Positions 52,046 to 64,000 of a DNA stretch of 64,000 nt are shown here, in pieces; within the stretch, counting starts at the first letter, position 1; each line of letters begins with the position of its first letter. This DNA comes from Oikopleura dioica. Taxonomy: Eukaryota > Animalia > Chordata. Location: NCBI GenBank assembly GCA_907165135.1, contig OU015569.1:620001-684000 (forward strand), given 5' to 3'. A program made the translations under genes and the position numbers. Below the pieces are notes generated by a model that made no database searches, was not told the DNA's origin, and was given only the letters and a program-made list of their open reading frames with translations.

Positions 52046-53239
52046 ATTCATTCATTTCTCTCAAAGATTAATTTCCTCCTAAATAGAGTTCAATTTTCAA
52101 CCACATTTCTTGGCTTCTTTAGCATTAAATATTCACCATTCAAGGGAGCCTGTTTGCGATATAGGTTTGTCCACCCTTAAATTATTCCAATAGAAATTGT
52201 TCTTTTCGTGACCCCTCGATCCAGATTTCGTTCGGCAGCGAGGGCGAGAAGGCGTACGAAGATGCAAACGCCACCTTCCTGGCGCAGACAATGAGCCACA
52301 CCGCCATGACCCTAAATCGGCACCATATGGGCACTGCCTTGTAGTCTGATCCCTGCGCGATCAAATGAAATTAATATTCAATTCACTATTCAAATATTTA
52401 TATCTTTTGCGCTTTGTTATAAAGATACAATCCATCTGCTTTGTACAAAGTTCGACCTGCATCAGCCATCAATACATTTATAATTACTTTCGACAACAGA
52501 TGCGAATTGGGCACTTTCCCCCAGGGCAGATCATCAACAAGCAACAAATCAAAAATGCAGGAAAAGTTGGAAATGATTCTGAGGACTCAGGAATTAAAAC
52601 CTGAGTCAGGCTCTTCAAAGAGTTTAATGAAAGCCGCGTTGCGGCTTTTTAAAAAACAAAGCCGCGAATCGGCTTCGCCAGATTATCAAACTGATCTTAC
52701 TTTTGGCGAAGCCGCATTGCGGCTAAGTTTTTCAAAAGCCGCTATGCGGCTTTTAATAAGGAACCCTCCGTCAAGTTGGAACACCGTTTTCAAACAGCGA
52801 TTTCGGTATGATACCCTTAAGATTTTCGGAAAAAAATTTGTTCATCTTGACAGGAGAGGTCCTTCATTCCAATCCAAGACCCTGACTCCGGTTTCCAAGC
52901 CAGGCATATTTGAAATAATGCGGTTTGAAAACGCATTGAATCAGAAAATAGAAAAATCGCCAAAAACTCAGAATAAGTGATCAATTAAAGTTGTTGCTCG
53001 ATCAGCTGTCACTAAATCGTTTTAGTTCGCTAGCCGGTTTAAAATAGCTCTTCTGCAGTTTATGAATAATTAACTGCTCTAATAAAAATGCCTAGTGGAG
53101 CATCAATCTTACTTCCCGAAAAAAATACTTCTCAATTATGAACGAGAAAGCAGCCGATGCTAATACTAATAATGCTTCATAAAAAAGGAAAAAAGGGAAA
53201 AAAAGGAGTACCACTTTCACTTCTTTGGTGATGCATTAT

Positions 53240-54070
53240 TTACGCGATGGAATATCTTCTATTTTGATGATATCATTGTTTTCTACATGCGATTTTTAAT
53301 GCAAAAAGATGGTAAACGAACCATTTTGAGATTCAAGAGTGGTTTGGTTCAAGGGAGAAGGTTTATTCTTCATCAGATAATTGGTACTTCTATGCATTGA
53401 TCGTAATCTATCGCCATATAAGCTGAATAAGATCAACCTCCATCCTTATATTGACTTTATAAAATGAACCTTGAGCATCATGATCCCCTGGTTTGAGCCG
53501 TAATTCAAATGAATCCTTATCCTTACTTTTGAATTCAGATGGTGCATTGTCATGTTTTTGTTCTTTCTGTAACCCTGATAATAAATTGATAATAATAAAT
53601 TGTTGTTGAAAGATTTAGCTTGACCCTTTTTTTGGCGAGAGTCTTGGTATATTAGTAATTTCTTCTTGTCATATTTTGAATGCATAAGTATGATGAGGAA
53701 ATCGAACCATTTTGATATTCAAGAGTGGTTTGGTTGATGGTAAAAGGTTCATTCTTTATCAGATAACTGGTACTTCCATGCATTGATCGTAATCTATCCC
53801 CATATAAGCTGAATGAGATCTTTCTTTTTTCATAGAGTAAAATGCATTCTTGAATTCTCTTAGTTTCTTGTTGTCCGGCGACGGTTAATTGCAAACTTTA
53901 AAAGACAAGAGTATTATATGAAGAATAAAACGAATCTTGATCGTATGTACCAATTAAGTAATTGTGAACGATAATAAAATGAATCCTTATCCTAAGATTT
54001 AAATTCAGACGGTGCGTTGTCATGTTTCTGTTCTTTCCTGTAAACCTAACAATAAATGCTTTTTGATAAT
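53240..54070. repeat. Degenerate tandem duplication, unit ~390 bp, about two and a half copies
   Basis: ttcaagagtggtttggtt...cagataattggtacttc..tgcattgatcgtaatctatc..catataagctgaat occurs at ~53330-53430 and ~53715-53815; aatgaatccttatcct...aattcaga.ggtgc.ttgtcatgttt at ~53510 and ~53980. Confidence 0.8.
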
Positions 54071-56733
54071 AATAAATTTTCCTTGAAAAATTTTTGGCAA
54101 GAGATTTGGTGTGTTAGTATTTTCTTCTGAATTTTAAAATGGCGTCGCGGAATAAATGAAGGGCAATAAACATTTTGTTTGTTGGTCAAATCGAGCACGG
54201 TCAATTACAGTGAAATGGCTATTCCACAGTAACTCGTCGATTTCGGGCCAGCTGGTTGCATTCCCCCGGGCGCACTAAACTACCCTTCCTTCTTCCCCAG
54301 AAAAATAAGCAGAAGAAAAGCTCAATATCATCGCTCCCCGCAATAAAAATAAAAACTTAATAATGCAGCTTCGCCATTAATTTCTCATTTTCCATTGTTT
54401 GTCTTCAATACGGCTCTGCTTGCTTCTTCGGTTAAACAGGTTAATCTTTGCCAAAACAAAATGGGTTAAATTCGAATCAAGATTTCCAAAAAGCCCGGAA
54501 ATTGGTGTAGAACCTGAGTAAAAAACCTGAGTCAGGGTATCAGATTGAGATAGTTTATGTGGCGAAGCCGCTTTGCGGCTTCGTTTTTAAGAAAGCCGCT
54601 ACGCGGCTTTTTATTAAAGCTTTTTAGGACCCTGACTCAGGTTTTCTACACAGGTAAAGTGCTGAGCTAAGGCTCTAACCCGTGTATTTTCTTTTCCAAA
54701 CTAGTTTGACGGTTGAGGATTTGGCGCTGGTTGACATACGTCCGATGACAGTAAATTTTGCGTTTGCAGTTTGCGACTGTGGCATGGGCGACTGTGCCCT
54801 AATTAAAAAAAGTTGTTCAGCAGTCATTTCTCGGGGGAGGGCCTGGCAGGGCCGGCGGCGCGGTATCCAACTCTCCAGCGCCGGTGGTGCGCGCGCACTC
54901 TGCGTGCCCATCAGGCCCTCCAGCCTCGACTTTCTCATCGTGGAGAAAATCTACCTGCAATCTACTGAAAACACCAAAGAGGCCACGCCAAAGAGAGACA
55001 ATCGAGAATTCAACTTTCCTGAATTCGAATATTCCGGAATTTCAAAAAAAAGAGAGATCCAGACCTCCAAAAGAGACCAAAAAAAAAGAATAAGAAGCTC
55101 GAGAGAAAAGTCGATGACAATAAGAGGAGTCTATGAAGAAGTATATAAAGATTAACTCTGCGAAAAGTACGTACTAGTATTTTCGGAATACCTTCAAGAT
55201 CCAAAGATTTCCAGTTTTTTTCCATCCGAGGAACCCTTTTTCTTCTTATGATGGCCTTTAATAAGCCCTAACCCTAACTCCTGCCCCTTAAAAATTAGAC
55301 CCTTTCGTAAAGAAAAAAACGAGTAGTAAGCAATTGATTCCATTTGCGGCGTGCCCCTAAGGGTGTACCCCTAAAGCGCTGATGTGATTAAATTTGACCG
55401 CGAGCAGGATCGATCCCTTCTCGAAGGAAACAATTTGGCAATCAGAGTCCCACGTCATTTTGGCGAATCGCGCGGAGGAGGCACTAAACCAGGGCCCGAT
55501 TGGGGATAATAACCAGGATAATCCTCTCTGGCCCGTAAAAACTCCGAACAGATTACTGCATTTCAAAGACCGAGGATTTCACAGACCCCTTTTTCTGTAC
55601 TCTTCCTTGATTGCAGCCCTCAGTTAGGGTCTGAAAGATCTTTAATGAAAAGCCGCGTAGCGGCTTTTTTTTAATCGAAGCCGCAAAGCGGCTTTGCAAA
55701 AATACCACTTCAATATATTTTTAAATTGGAGACCCTGACTCAGGTTTTCTACAGTTTCCAAAAATCAAGTCGAAAAATGTGGCTTTTGGAAGTTGCTCTT
55801 TTTAAAATTGGACGAAAACGGAGACAAAACGCTAGAAACAATCCACTAATCTAAAATGGAGGACAACCCTTTGTCACGTCGAGCGCACTGAATACATAAC
55901 TAATAGCTCCTATTACCGTGCCTTCAAAGCGAGTGTTTCGACTTCAAGTGACTCGTTCAGAACACACGTCTCTAAACAATCTCCGCTTTAAAGATGCACA
56001 TTCGAACATAGAAGGCATGATGTGCTAGCCAAACATGTATACAAATAAAGCAAGTAGCGGTTAAATTCGCATCAAAGTTGCAGCTCGAGTAAACGCTCCT
56101 TAGTCGGCGCCCGTCAGCGGCTGCCAACAAGGTTGACATTTTGACGATGGACGAGTGCACTGTTTTTAATATTACTTTAATGTCCCTGGCGACACTCTAC
56201 TCTGCTTCCAATCAATGTCTCGTTCAACAAAAAGCAAAATCAAGCAAGGTTGCAAAGAAACTTGTCACTTTCGTAAATTATGGAACGGTTTTTGGGGCAA
56301 AACACAGACAGAAGCTGGGGTAGGCAACCTGTGTAGAAACCTGAATCAGGGTTCTGAGACAGCCTAATTATAAAGCCGCCTAGCGGCTTTTTTAGGATAA
56401 GAAGCCGCAACGTGGCCTCGCCAAAATTAGCATCTCAATCTATTTTCAAATTCTGACTGGACCCTGACTCAGGTTTCTACAAAGGTAAAGACTAAGCGAT
56501 AGTACCCTCTTAACCCTATCTTATCCACTTATTTATTTTTTTTTTGAAAGCCTTCCATCTTCATTTTTGGAAAAAAATATGATGCATTTTAAATTCCTCC
56601 TTGCCATTATATTATCGATATAAGGGAAAGGTCAGCCGGGTAATTAACAAAGGGCATGTTGTAAAAATCAAAGTATGGACTTCAAGTTCATCAAGTTTTA
56701 TTTTAACGATTGATTTTCAGTTTCCCGTTTTGA

Positions 56734-57786
56734 ATGGGAATCGAGCTGCATACAAAATTCCGGCTGCTACACGCGGCGTTGTGTTTCTTATCGATCGTGA
56801 TTTTGCTGGTGCTCGGAATAACGAATCTCTCGCGCGATCAGCCACCTCCTTGGATCTTCCTGGCCCCGTTGATCCTCCTGTGCCTCTCTTTCATCCTCTC
56901 CGCGGTGTTCTGCATCGTTCGGGTGGTCATTCGCGTTAATTTCCCAGTCGTCGGTTTTGCCGCCCATGGACTTGCCTCTCTCCTCTACGCCGCCGCAGCT
57001 ACTATTCTTCTTTACGCCTTCATCTTTCTTCCCAAAAGTCCCTTGTTCACCACCAAAGGTAGACTTTCTTACACTCAGGGCTTGGCAACCTGTGTAGAAA
57101 TCTAAGTCAGGGTTCCTCAAAAAGCTATGATGAAAAGCCGCGTAGCGGCTTTTTTTCAATCAAAGCCGCATAGCGGCTTTGCTAAGATTACAAATTCGAT
57201 GATATTTGAAAGATCTAGAGAAGCCGCTTCGCGGCTTTGGTTTGAAAAAAGCCGCTACGCGGCTTTTCATCATAGCTTTTTCAGGAAACCTGACTCAGGT
57301 TTCCTACAATGGTTCCTGGGCTTAGATAGGTAAATGTGTCAGTAACTAACTTTCGTTTTTCAGAAAAAATGCACCCAGCTGGAACTTGCGCTCAATTCAA
57401 CCTGGAGAGCGCGAGCTGCACGGAGGACTGGGAGAGCTGCCAGAAACACATCCAGTACTGCCACGAGCGGATGGAAGCGCTCACCAAGGGCGGCATCAAT
57501 CCCGACATCACCCCCAAGAGCATGGTCATTGTTGACATCTCGCTAGCGTATATTTGTATGCTCACTGCTTTCATTGGCGCCTATTTCGCGTACGAAGACT
57601 ATCAAGACTCAGGTTTGCAATCAAGGAAGAGAATTCGTTTCTGAAAGTGTAGATTTAGAGTATGAAGAAGACTCGGTGGACGACGGTGGAGCACCGACGG
57701 GCGGGAACAACGGCGGCCCGAGGCAGTGCTACACCCTCGGCCGGGCCAACCTCGAACACTCGCCCAAACCGTCCCAAATGGTGTGA
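56734..57786 (+). CDS. Four-transmembrane protein (MARVEL-like topology) with a Cys-containing second loop, three exons
   Basis: Hydrophobic helices LLHAALCFLSIVILLVLGI, WIFLAPLILLCLSFILSAVFCIV, VVGFAAHGLASLLYAAAATILLYAFIFL, MVIVDISLAYICMLTAFIGAYFAY; GT-AG introns, MITE in intron 1. Confidence 0.65.
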
Positions 57787-58649
57787 CGCAGCAACTAATC
57801 TAGACTTATTAAAATATCCTCGCGACCTCTCTTTTTCAAACTCTTCAAACTTCTTGAAACATTTGCTGTAAATAGCGCACAGAATATTACTGTAATTTCT
57901 TCTTCTTCTTCTTTGACCCTGTTAAAAACTCAAGTTCCCACCAACAAGCCAAAACATTAAAAAAAACCTGTTTTTTTTTATAATCAAATCTTCAAAATCA
58001 ACGATCCTGGGCTCAGTACTCTGTGTAGGAAACCTGACTCAGGTCCTGAAATCCATTATAGAAAAGCCGCGTAGCGGCTTTTTTACAAAACGAAGCCGCT
58101 TTGCGGCTTCGCAAAATATAATTTTAATCTATATTTAAATACTGGCGAAGCCGCTTTGCGGCTTCGTTTTCAAAAAAGCCGCTACGCGGCTTTTCATTTC
58201 GGCTCTTCTCATACTGACTCAGGTTTTTCTATACAGGTTGCAATTTGCAACGATCAAATTTGCAGCAATAGGAGCGTTTTTTTTTCTTCCTTCTTTTTTG
58301 TTTCTCATGAAAAATTAAAGAAATTCATGATCGTAAAAGCAATGTTCAATTAATCAGGAGCGCACGGGAGAGAGCGAAAGTGCGGCTAAAAGTTCTCTAA
58401 AAGAAGAGAAATCTAATTAGAATGAGTGGCGCGGTCAATTAGACAGGAGCATGTTTGGGTCCATGTTTTAAATCAGTGTAAAAATTCGACAACAAATTGA
58501 TCGAGCAATCTCGCCAAGCAAGAACAACTTTCATTTCGCACTCGATAGGGCACAAATCACTGTATATACGCGTCAACGAAGCAGTCAACTTGCGAAACTT
58601 TCCAAAAATGATCTCCTCTTCTTTTCATTATCGACTTACTACTATTTAC

Positions 58650-58892
58650 CTGGGCTCGGCAACCTGAGTAGAAACCCTGAGTCAGGCTCTGAAAAGCAAA
58701 AATGAAAAGCCGCAACGCGGCTTTTTGAAAAATGAAGCCGCATAGCGGCTTCGCAATTCAATCACTTTTATCTATTTTTAAACACTGGCGAAGCCGCTTT
58801 GCGGCTTCGTTTCTAAAAAAGCCGCTGTACAGCTTTTCATTTTTGCTTTTCAGAGCCTGACTCAGGTTTTCTACTCAGGTTGCCGAGCCCAG
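58650..58892. mobile_element. Full-length 243-bp CTGGG...CCCAG MITE with perfect 8-bp TSD CTATTTAC
   Basis: TSD at 58642-58649 and 58893-58900; near-perfect palindrome with internal AAAAGCCGC-GCGGCTTTT and GAAGCCGC-GCGGCTTC hairpins. Confidence 0.95.
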
Positions 58893-59661
58893 CTATTTAC
58901 TCTCAAGGTCAAACTCTTCTGTAATCGTAATAAATCGTGAGTTTGAAACTCTTCCTTTTCAAAAAAGAATAAAATCCAAAAGAAAAGAAAAAGGCCGGAT
59001 AAGCGCCGGTGATTAATATCATTACCGGGTTCACAGCTCGCAGTCCAAGAGTCTAAGCCTATCAAATTCATCGTAAAAATTAAGCTAATTGATGAGTCTT
59101 CGACCCAAAGAGTGCGAAAGTGTTAAACTCGAGTACTATGAAAGAGATTCAACTTTTGAAGAAGAAAATTTGACAAACAAATCTTGTAAGTTTGAGTTGA
59201 AATTAACTCGGAGCAGTTTCAAGTCATCATCATTATTTATTTAATGAAAAAAAAGGATTGACGAAATTAATTACTTTGTCCCTGGGCTCGGCAACCAGCG
59301 TAGAAAACCTGAGTCAGGTTCTGAAGAATCTTTATGAAAAGCCGCGTAGCGGCTTTTTGGAAATAAAGCTGCGAAGCGGCTTCGGAACATTACTATTTCA
59401 ATCATTCTTAAAAAATTGGCAAAGTCACTTTTCGGCTTTATTTTAAAAGAAAATTAAAAAAAAAATTAAAAAAAAACTACGCGGCTTTTCATATAGGCTC
59501 TTTAGAACCTGACTCAGGTTTTTACACAGGTTGCCGTCATCTAATTTCTTGAGGAACAAAGCCTATTTTAGCTCATATTTTGGTCCCCGCCAGAATGTAC
59601 TGCGATATTGCCCCCGGGCTATTAGGGCGCTAGAAAATAGCAGCTAGAAGTTAAATTTAAA

Positions 59662-62356
59662 ATGCCGTTGAAAGAGCATCACAGTGAAATTTCAGTGATG
59701 GGGAGGTGGGAGTGCTTCCACAAATATCTTCCCTGGGCCTGTTGCATTTTTTTATCGCTCTTCTTGTACATCAGAGAATACGAAGTGCTGTCGCTCGACT
59801 TTCAATGGATCACCGACGAATTTCCTCGTGCAAAGGCTCCTTCAAAAACGTTGCCGCAAAATACTTCGTCTAGCCAAGCAGGAAAGTGGTCTTTAGTGTA
59901 GGCTCAAAAACCTGTGTAAAAAACCTGAGTCAGGATCAAAAATTACCAATATTTTTATCTACTTTTTAAACGCTGGCTAAATGCTTTTTAAAACATCGTT
60001 TTTGTTACCCTGTTTCAAATCCTGACTCAGGCTTTCTACACAGATTGCCGGACCCTGACTCAGTCGACCACCGAAAAAGCCGACAGTGTATTTTTCCTGA
60101 AAACATACAAAACTGGCAGTTCGACGCTAGCAACAATATTTTCCCGCTACTGCTACACTCACAATAAGTCGATGCTTTTGACGACTCAAAATGTTGGATG
60201 TAAGTGCTTAAATTTAAAGACACCAGAATTGATATACGACCGGATGATAATCACGTAAATTATCTTTTTTCTTTCAGCTTACTTTTGACAAGAATTATGG
60301 CTAGTCTTAAAATTCCTTTTTATTATTCAATAAACGCTGCATAAAGCTGGGCATTCTGTGCAGAAAACCTGAGTCAGGGTCTGAAAGAGCTTAAATGAAA
60401 AGCCGCGTAGCGGCTTTTTAAAAAACAAAGCCGCAAAGCGGCTTCGCTAGAAAATAAAGATAGGTTTAAAATCTTATTTTCGAAGCCGCTATGCGGCTTC
60501 GTTTTTAAAAAAGCCGCTATGCGGCTTTTCATTAAAGATTTTTCGGACCCTGACTCAGGTTTTCTACACAGGTTTTCGACCCAGATAAAAGGTATATAAT
60601 TTAATGAAAGCTATAAATTATAGCTCCAATAGAGGCTTTTCTATTTTATGATCGAGGAGAATATTTAATTTAAAATGATAATCCAGCTTCTGGACCCACT
60701 AAGCCGCGATAAAAACCGGCTGGATTCGGCATCATTGGATTGATTGCATCTTTAGCGCATTTGTTTCCTTACGGCGAGGCGGAATTAGCTGAGCCACTGA
60801 ATCCTGACGGGCTCGGAATTATTGGCTGGCAGAAGAAGTCAAAACAATATGATTTCGTCGCTAATCATATGACGTACAATTTCACATTCGCGGACGAGTA
60901 TCTTCCCACAGCGAAGAAGATCTCGATTTTGAGACACCCGTCCACTCACATGACCAGCACGTGGAAATACTACTTCAACCCGATGAGGGATAAGGAAAGC
61001 GGAAGAACTCTTTATTGAAGACAGTATCAATTAACTTGTGTGAACATGATAACCTGGGCTCGGCAACCTGAGTGGAAAACCTGAGTCAAGCTCTGAAAAG
61101 GCTAAAATGAAAATGAAAAAAGGCTTCGCGGCTTCGATTTTAAAAAAGCCGCTACGCGGCTTTTCATTTTCGCTCTTCCAGAGCCTGAGTCTTTCCTTAG
61201 CCCTCCCTGAAGACCCTGACACAGGTCTCTCTTTGTCTGTTCGTAAAATAACTCATCCGCTCTGAAAGCAAGTTCGAACCATCTTCCCTTCGCTCTTCGA
61301 AAAAGAAGAAGGAAAAGAACGCGTTTCTTTTCTTTACGAGCTTTTATCCGACCCAGTTGATTTCTACAAGAAATCCATGCTCATTCCAGACCCTTCCATG
61401 TGGAAAAGGCACTTGCTAAGGCCTCAGTTGTGGAGCTTCTTTGGACCAGAAGTGACGACGATGAACTTGGATAGAGACGTTGTCAAAGCTTACATAGGAA
61501 GGGTCGATCTTTTCTGAATTGAAATCAAGGAAGAGAAGAAAAAGATCCCCCGAAAAGAGAAAATCCACGGGCATTTTGACCTAATCCTGATCATGGAATA
61601 TTTCGATCTCGGACTGGCTCTTCTGTCATTTGAACTCAACTGGCCGCCATCAGACCTGGCTTACTTGCCGATGAATAGCGGGAGAAAACACAGCCAAGAA
61701 GCGAAGGAGTATCACGAAGAATTGGTGCGCGTGATCAACTACCCCGATTTTATGCTGTACGAGCATTTCAACAGAACGTTCTGGGCGAGAATAGACGAGA
61801 TAGGGCTAGACATCGTGCAGCGGCGAGCTGATGAGATAAAGTATCAGTCTGAGCAGCTCGCAGATGCCTGCCAAGATGGCATCCGACCCTTCATGAAAGC
61901 GCTTTTCAATTTTGCAAAAATAAGCAACCTATTACAAATAAAAGAATTACAAACTGGACTCGGCAACCTGTGAAGAAAACATGAGTCAGGTTCTGAAAGG
62001 GCTAAAATGAAAAGCCGCGTAGCGGCTTTTTTATAAACAAGCCGCAAAGCTACTAAATCAAAAATATATTCAACAAGAAATATATTTGCGAAGCCGCTTC
62101 GCGGCCTCGTTTCATTTGAGCCTTTTAGAACCTGACTCAGGTTTTCTACACGGTTTGCCCAGCTCCGAATTGAAATTTTATTGACCAAGTGAAAGAGCTA
62201 AAAAAAAGAAACTGGGCCGGAGACATGGTGCTGCTCCCAAAGCTGCAAAAAGCAAAAGAAAACGACACTTTCTGCAGATTATCGACAATGCAGGGAAATG
62301 AGCTTTCGAGCTTCATGGTGAATAGGCAAAACAGACTCGTTTCGGGCTGGACTTAG
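59662..62356 (+). CDS. GAL3ST: Galactose-3-O-sulfotransferase-family type II membrane protein, multi-exon
   Basis: TM LPWACCIFLSLFLYI; VFFLKTYKTGSSTL (5'-PSB); NHMTYN; ISILRHP...WKYY (3'-PB); FDLILIMEYFDLGLALL..LNW; NYPDFMLYEHFNRTFW; last exon ...FCRLSTMQGNEL...SGWT*. Confidence 0.88.
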
Positions 62357-62497
62357 TTCTTTTTAAAAGTATCGCTGAACTCTTTCTTTCTCAATTCTGT
62401 ATCTTCAAGGTTCTTCAACTGTACAAAGCAATACACAAACAACAATAATTACTTTTCAAAAAAATGTTTCATGTTAGATTTTGTAGCCCTCGGAAGT

Positions 62498-62729
62498 CTG
62501 GCTCGGCAACCTGTGTTGAAAACCTGAGTCAGGGTCTGAAAGCTGTAAAATGAAAAGCCGCAAAGCGGCTTTTTAAAAACGAAGCCGCGAAGCGGCTTTG
62601 AAACAATCATCATTTTGATCAGTTTCTTATTCTTTCCGGCTTCGTTTTTTAAAAAAGCCGCTAAGCGGCTTTTCATTTTACATCTTTCAGACCCTGACTC
62701 AGGTTTTCTACAAAGGTTGCCAAGCCGAG
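62498..62729. mobile_element. CTGGG...CCCAG-family MITE with perfect 8-bp TSD TCGGAAGT
   Basis: TSD at 62490-62497 and 62730-62737. Confidence 0.88.
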
Positions 62730-64000
62730 TCGGAAGTACATTCATACGTTCTGATGAATTTCAACAATAAATGCCAAATCAATCGTTTTATCCGGAAAAA
62801 TGAATGAATTCAATTACTCCTTGAGAATCGCTCATTTCAAAACACAATCGTAAATAAATTGTTCCAACTATGTGCTCTTCAATAAAGGAAGAATCAAATT
62901 GCTCCAGTCATCAATTGATTTCCTACCCGACGAAAAGAAAGCCCGCTATTTCAGCAATTTCAATTCTAGGAATCAAACAAAAAGTATGTTTGTTTAATTT
63001 TGAGCAGGAGTAGCAGAAAGTATTGGGAGGATGGGAATGCCCATGGGAGTGGCGGATTTCCACTTCTATTGGAACCCTTGAAAGTTATATTTTGTGTTTT
63101 TTTGCCCACGAGCGGCGCTCCGAATTTAGGCCGTTACCGAAACGCCTTCTCGGCATTCGACCAAAGCCACATTCTCCATTCCGCGGAGAACGAGACAGAA
63201 CAAAAAGACGAAGAAAAAAAAAATAGGGCAAATCCCGTATTTCTCCTCTTTCTACTAAAAGTAGGCTTTAATTTTCTTCTAAATAATTCTTAAAATATTT
63301 TATAAATTAAATCTTTAAAAAAAATTGAAATAGAAAAAATTCTGAGAGACGATTCTGATTTTTATCTATTCGAGTTAAATTGATTCATAAATCAAATAAA
63401 AACCTGTATAAAAAACCTGAGTCAGGGTTCTGTAACAAAGCCGTAGATTACAATCTTAATCTATTTTCGGCCCTAACCCTGACTCAGGTTTTTTACACAG
63501 GCTCCTTAGACCTGAGTAGATAGGCTCGGCAACCTGTGCAGAAATCCTGAGTCAGGATCTGAAAAATCAGTAGCGGCTTTTCTCTAAAAACTTTTCAGAT
63601 CCTGACTAAGGTTTTCTGCACAGGTTGCCGAGCCCAGCAGAGTAAATAATATGGTAGTTAACTGTAGTTGACATTTTCTAGCGCCTGAGGGTGAATTAAA
63701 ATTGTTTTCTTTAGCTACTTCTAAATTTCTTCGTTGACTATTTTTTTAAGCAGCCGTGACTCGTAATAAGCGTCCCGGTAAAGAAAGAAGAAATCGAACT
63801 TCTATGCACAGAGGACTCGTGAAGAACTACCTAAGGTACGTCCCAAAAAAAACCAGCATTTTTCAGTTTTCAGTTAATCGATTCATGCCCAAGTCTAAAA
63901 CATCGATTTATTTCTTTCCAACCCTTTTCAAGGCTTCACTTCAAAAATATGCCACTTTTCATCCCGAATTCGATTATTGACTATTTTTTCCATAAAACTG

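Larger units (their letters stand above)
52590..63640. mobile_element. Dense cluster of about 15 CTGGG...CCCAG / CCTGAGTCAGG MITE copies
   Basis: Copies near 52.6, 54.5, 55.6, 56.3, 57.1, 58.0, 58.65, 59.3, 59.9, 60.35, 61.05, 61.95, 62.5, 63.4 and 63.5 kb. Earlier copies near 4.4, 11.15, 17.1-17.3, 18.5, 29.4, 30.5, 40.1, 41.5 and 42.5 kb. Confidence 0.9.

Noticed and set aside
52180-52560. Coding-like minus-strand fragments; similar fragments at 24500-25080, 54700-55630 and 63000-63300
   Set aside because: Frames break or lack recognisable motifs and splice chains, so no feature can be supported.
52441-52980. 179-aa ORF as a gene or transposase
   Set aside because: Most of it is read-through of a palindromic MITE (ELKPESG...KAALRLF...KAAMRL); it has no DDE motifs.
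59882-60080. MITE-derived acceptor (ctacacAG or gactcAG) exonised at GAL3ST exon 2
   Set aside because: An equally good canonical GT-AG solution (GGA AA|GTGGTC...ccgaCAG|T GTA, giving GNVFFLKTYKT) avoids the MITE. This cannot be decided without transcripts.
52590-63640. Regularly recurring palindromic repeats resembling a CRISPR array or bacterial REP elements
   Set aside because: Spacing is irregular (0.5-2 kb), units have TIRs and 8-bp TSDs, they sit in spliceosomal introns, and there are no cas genes. They are MITEs.

Overview
AT-rich, gene-dense eukaryotic DNA with many 40-80 nt introns, several of which need GA or GC donors. That profile suggests a larvacean tunicate (Oikopleura-like); this is an inference, not a database result. 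Recognisable genes: PI4KB, LSM14, a tandem-chromodomain/coiled-coil protein, BAP1, an SPDEF-type ETS factor, two convergent NIDO-domain genes, TMEM138, a ubiquitin-like protein, YIPF5, an aquaglyceroporin with an intronic tRNA-Pro(TGG), a RIPOR/FAM65 gene, a four-TM protein and a GAL3ST-type sulfotransferase. There is also a DDX56 pseudogene and several orphan genes. The window is full of non-autonomous DNA transposons and has no transposase ORF. The main family is a palindromic MITE (TIR CTGGGCTCGGCAACC...GGTTGCCGAGCCCAG, 8-bp TSD, about 25 copies by hand count). The most interesting signal is a candidate introner mechanism. One copy (43175-43365) lies in the first exon of a gene, and its TSD (GC donor) plus TIR end (CAG acceptor) would splice it out exactly. 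A 2.9-kb hAT-type element in another coding exon could likewise be removed in frame as a GT-AG intron. All gene models are hand-built and approximate.
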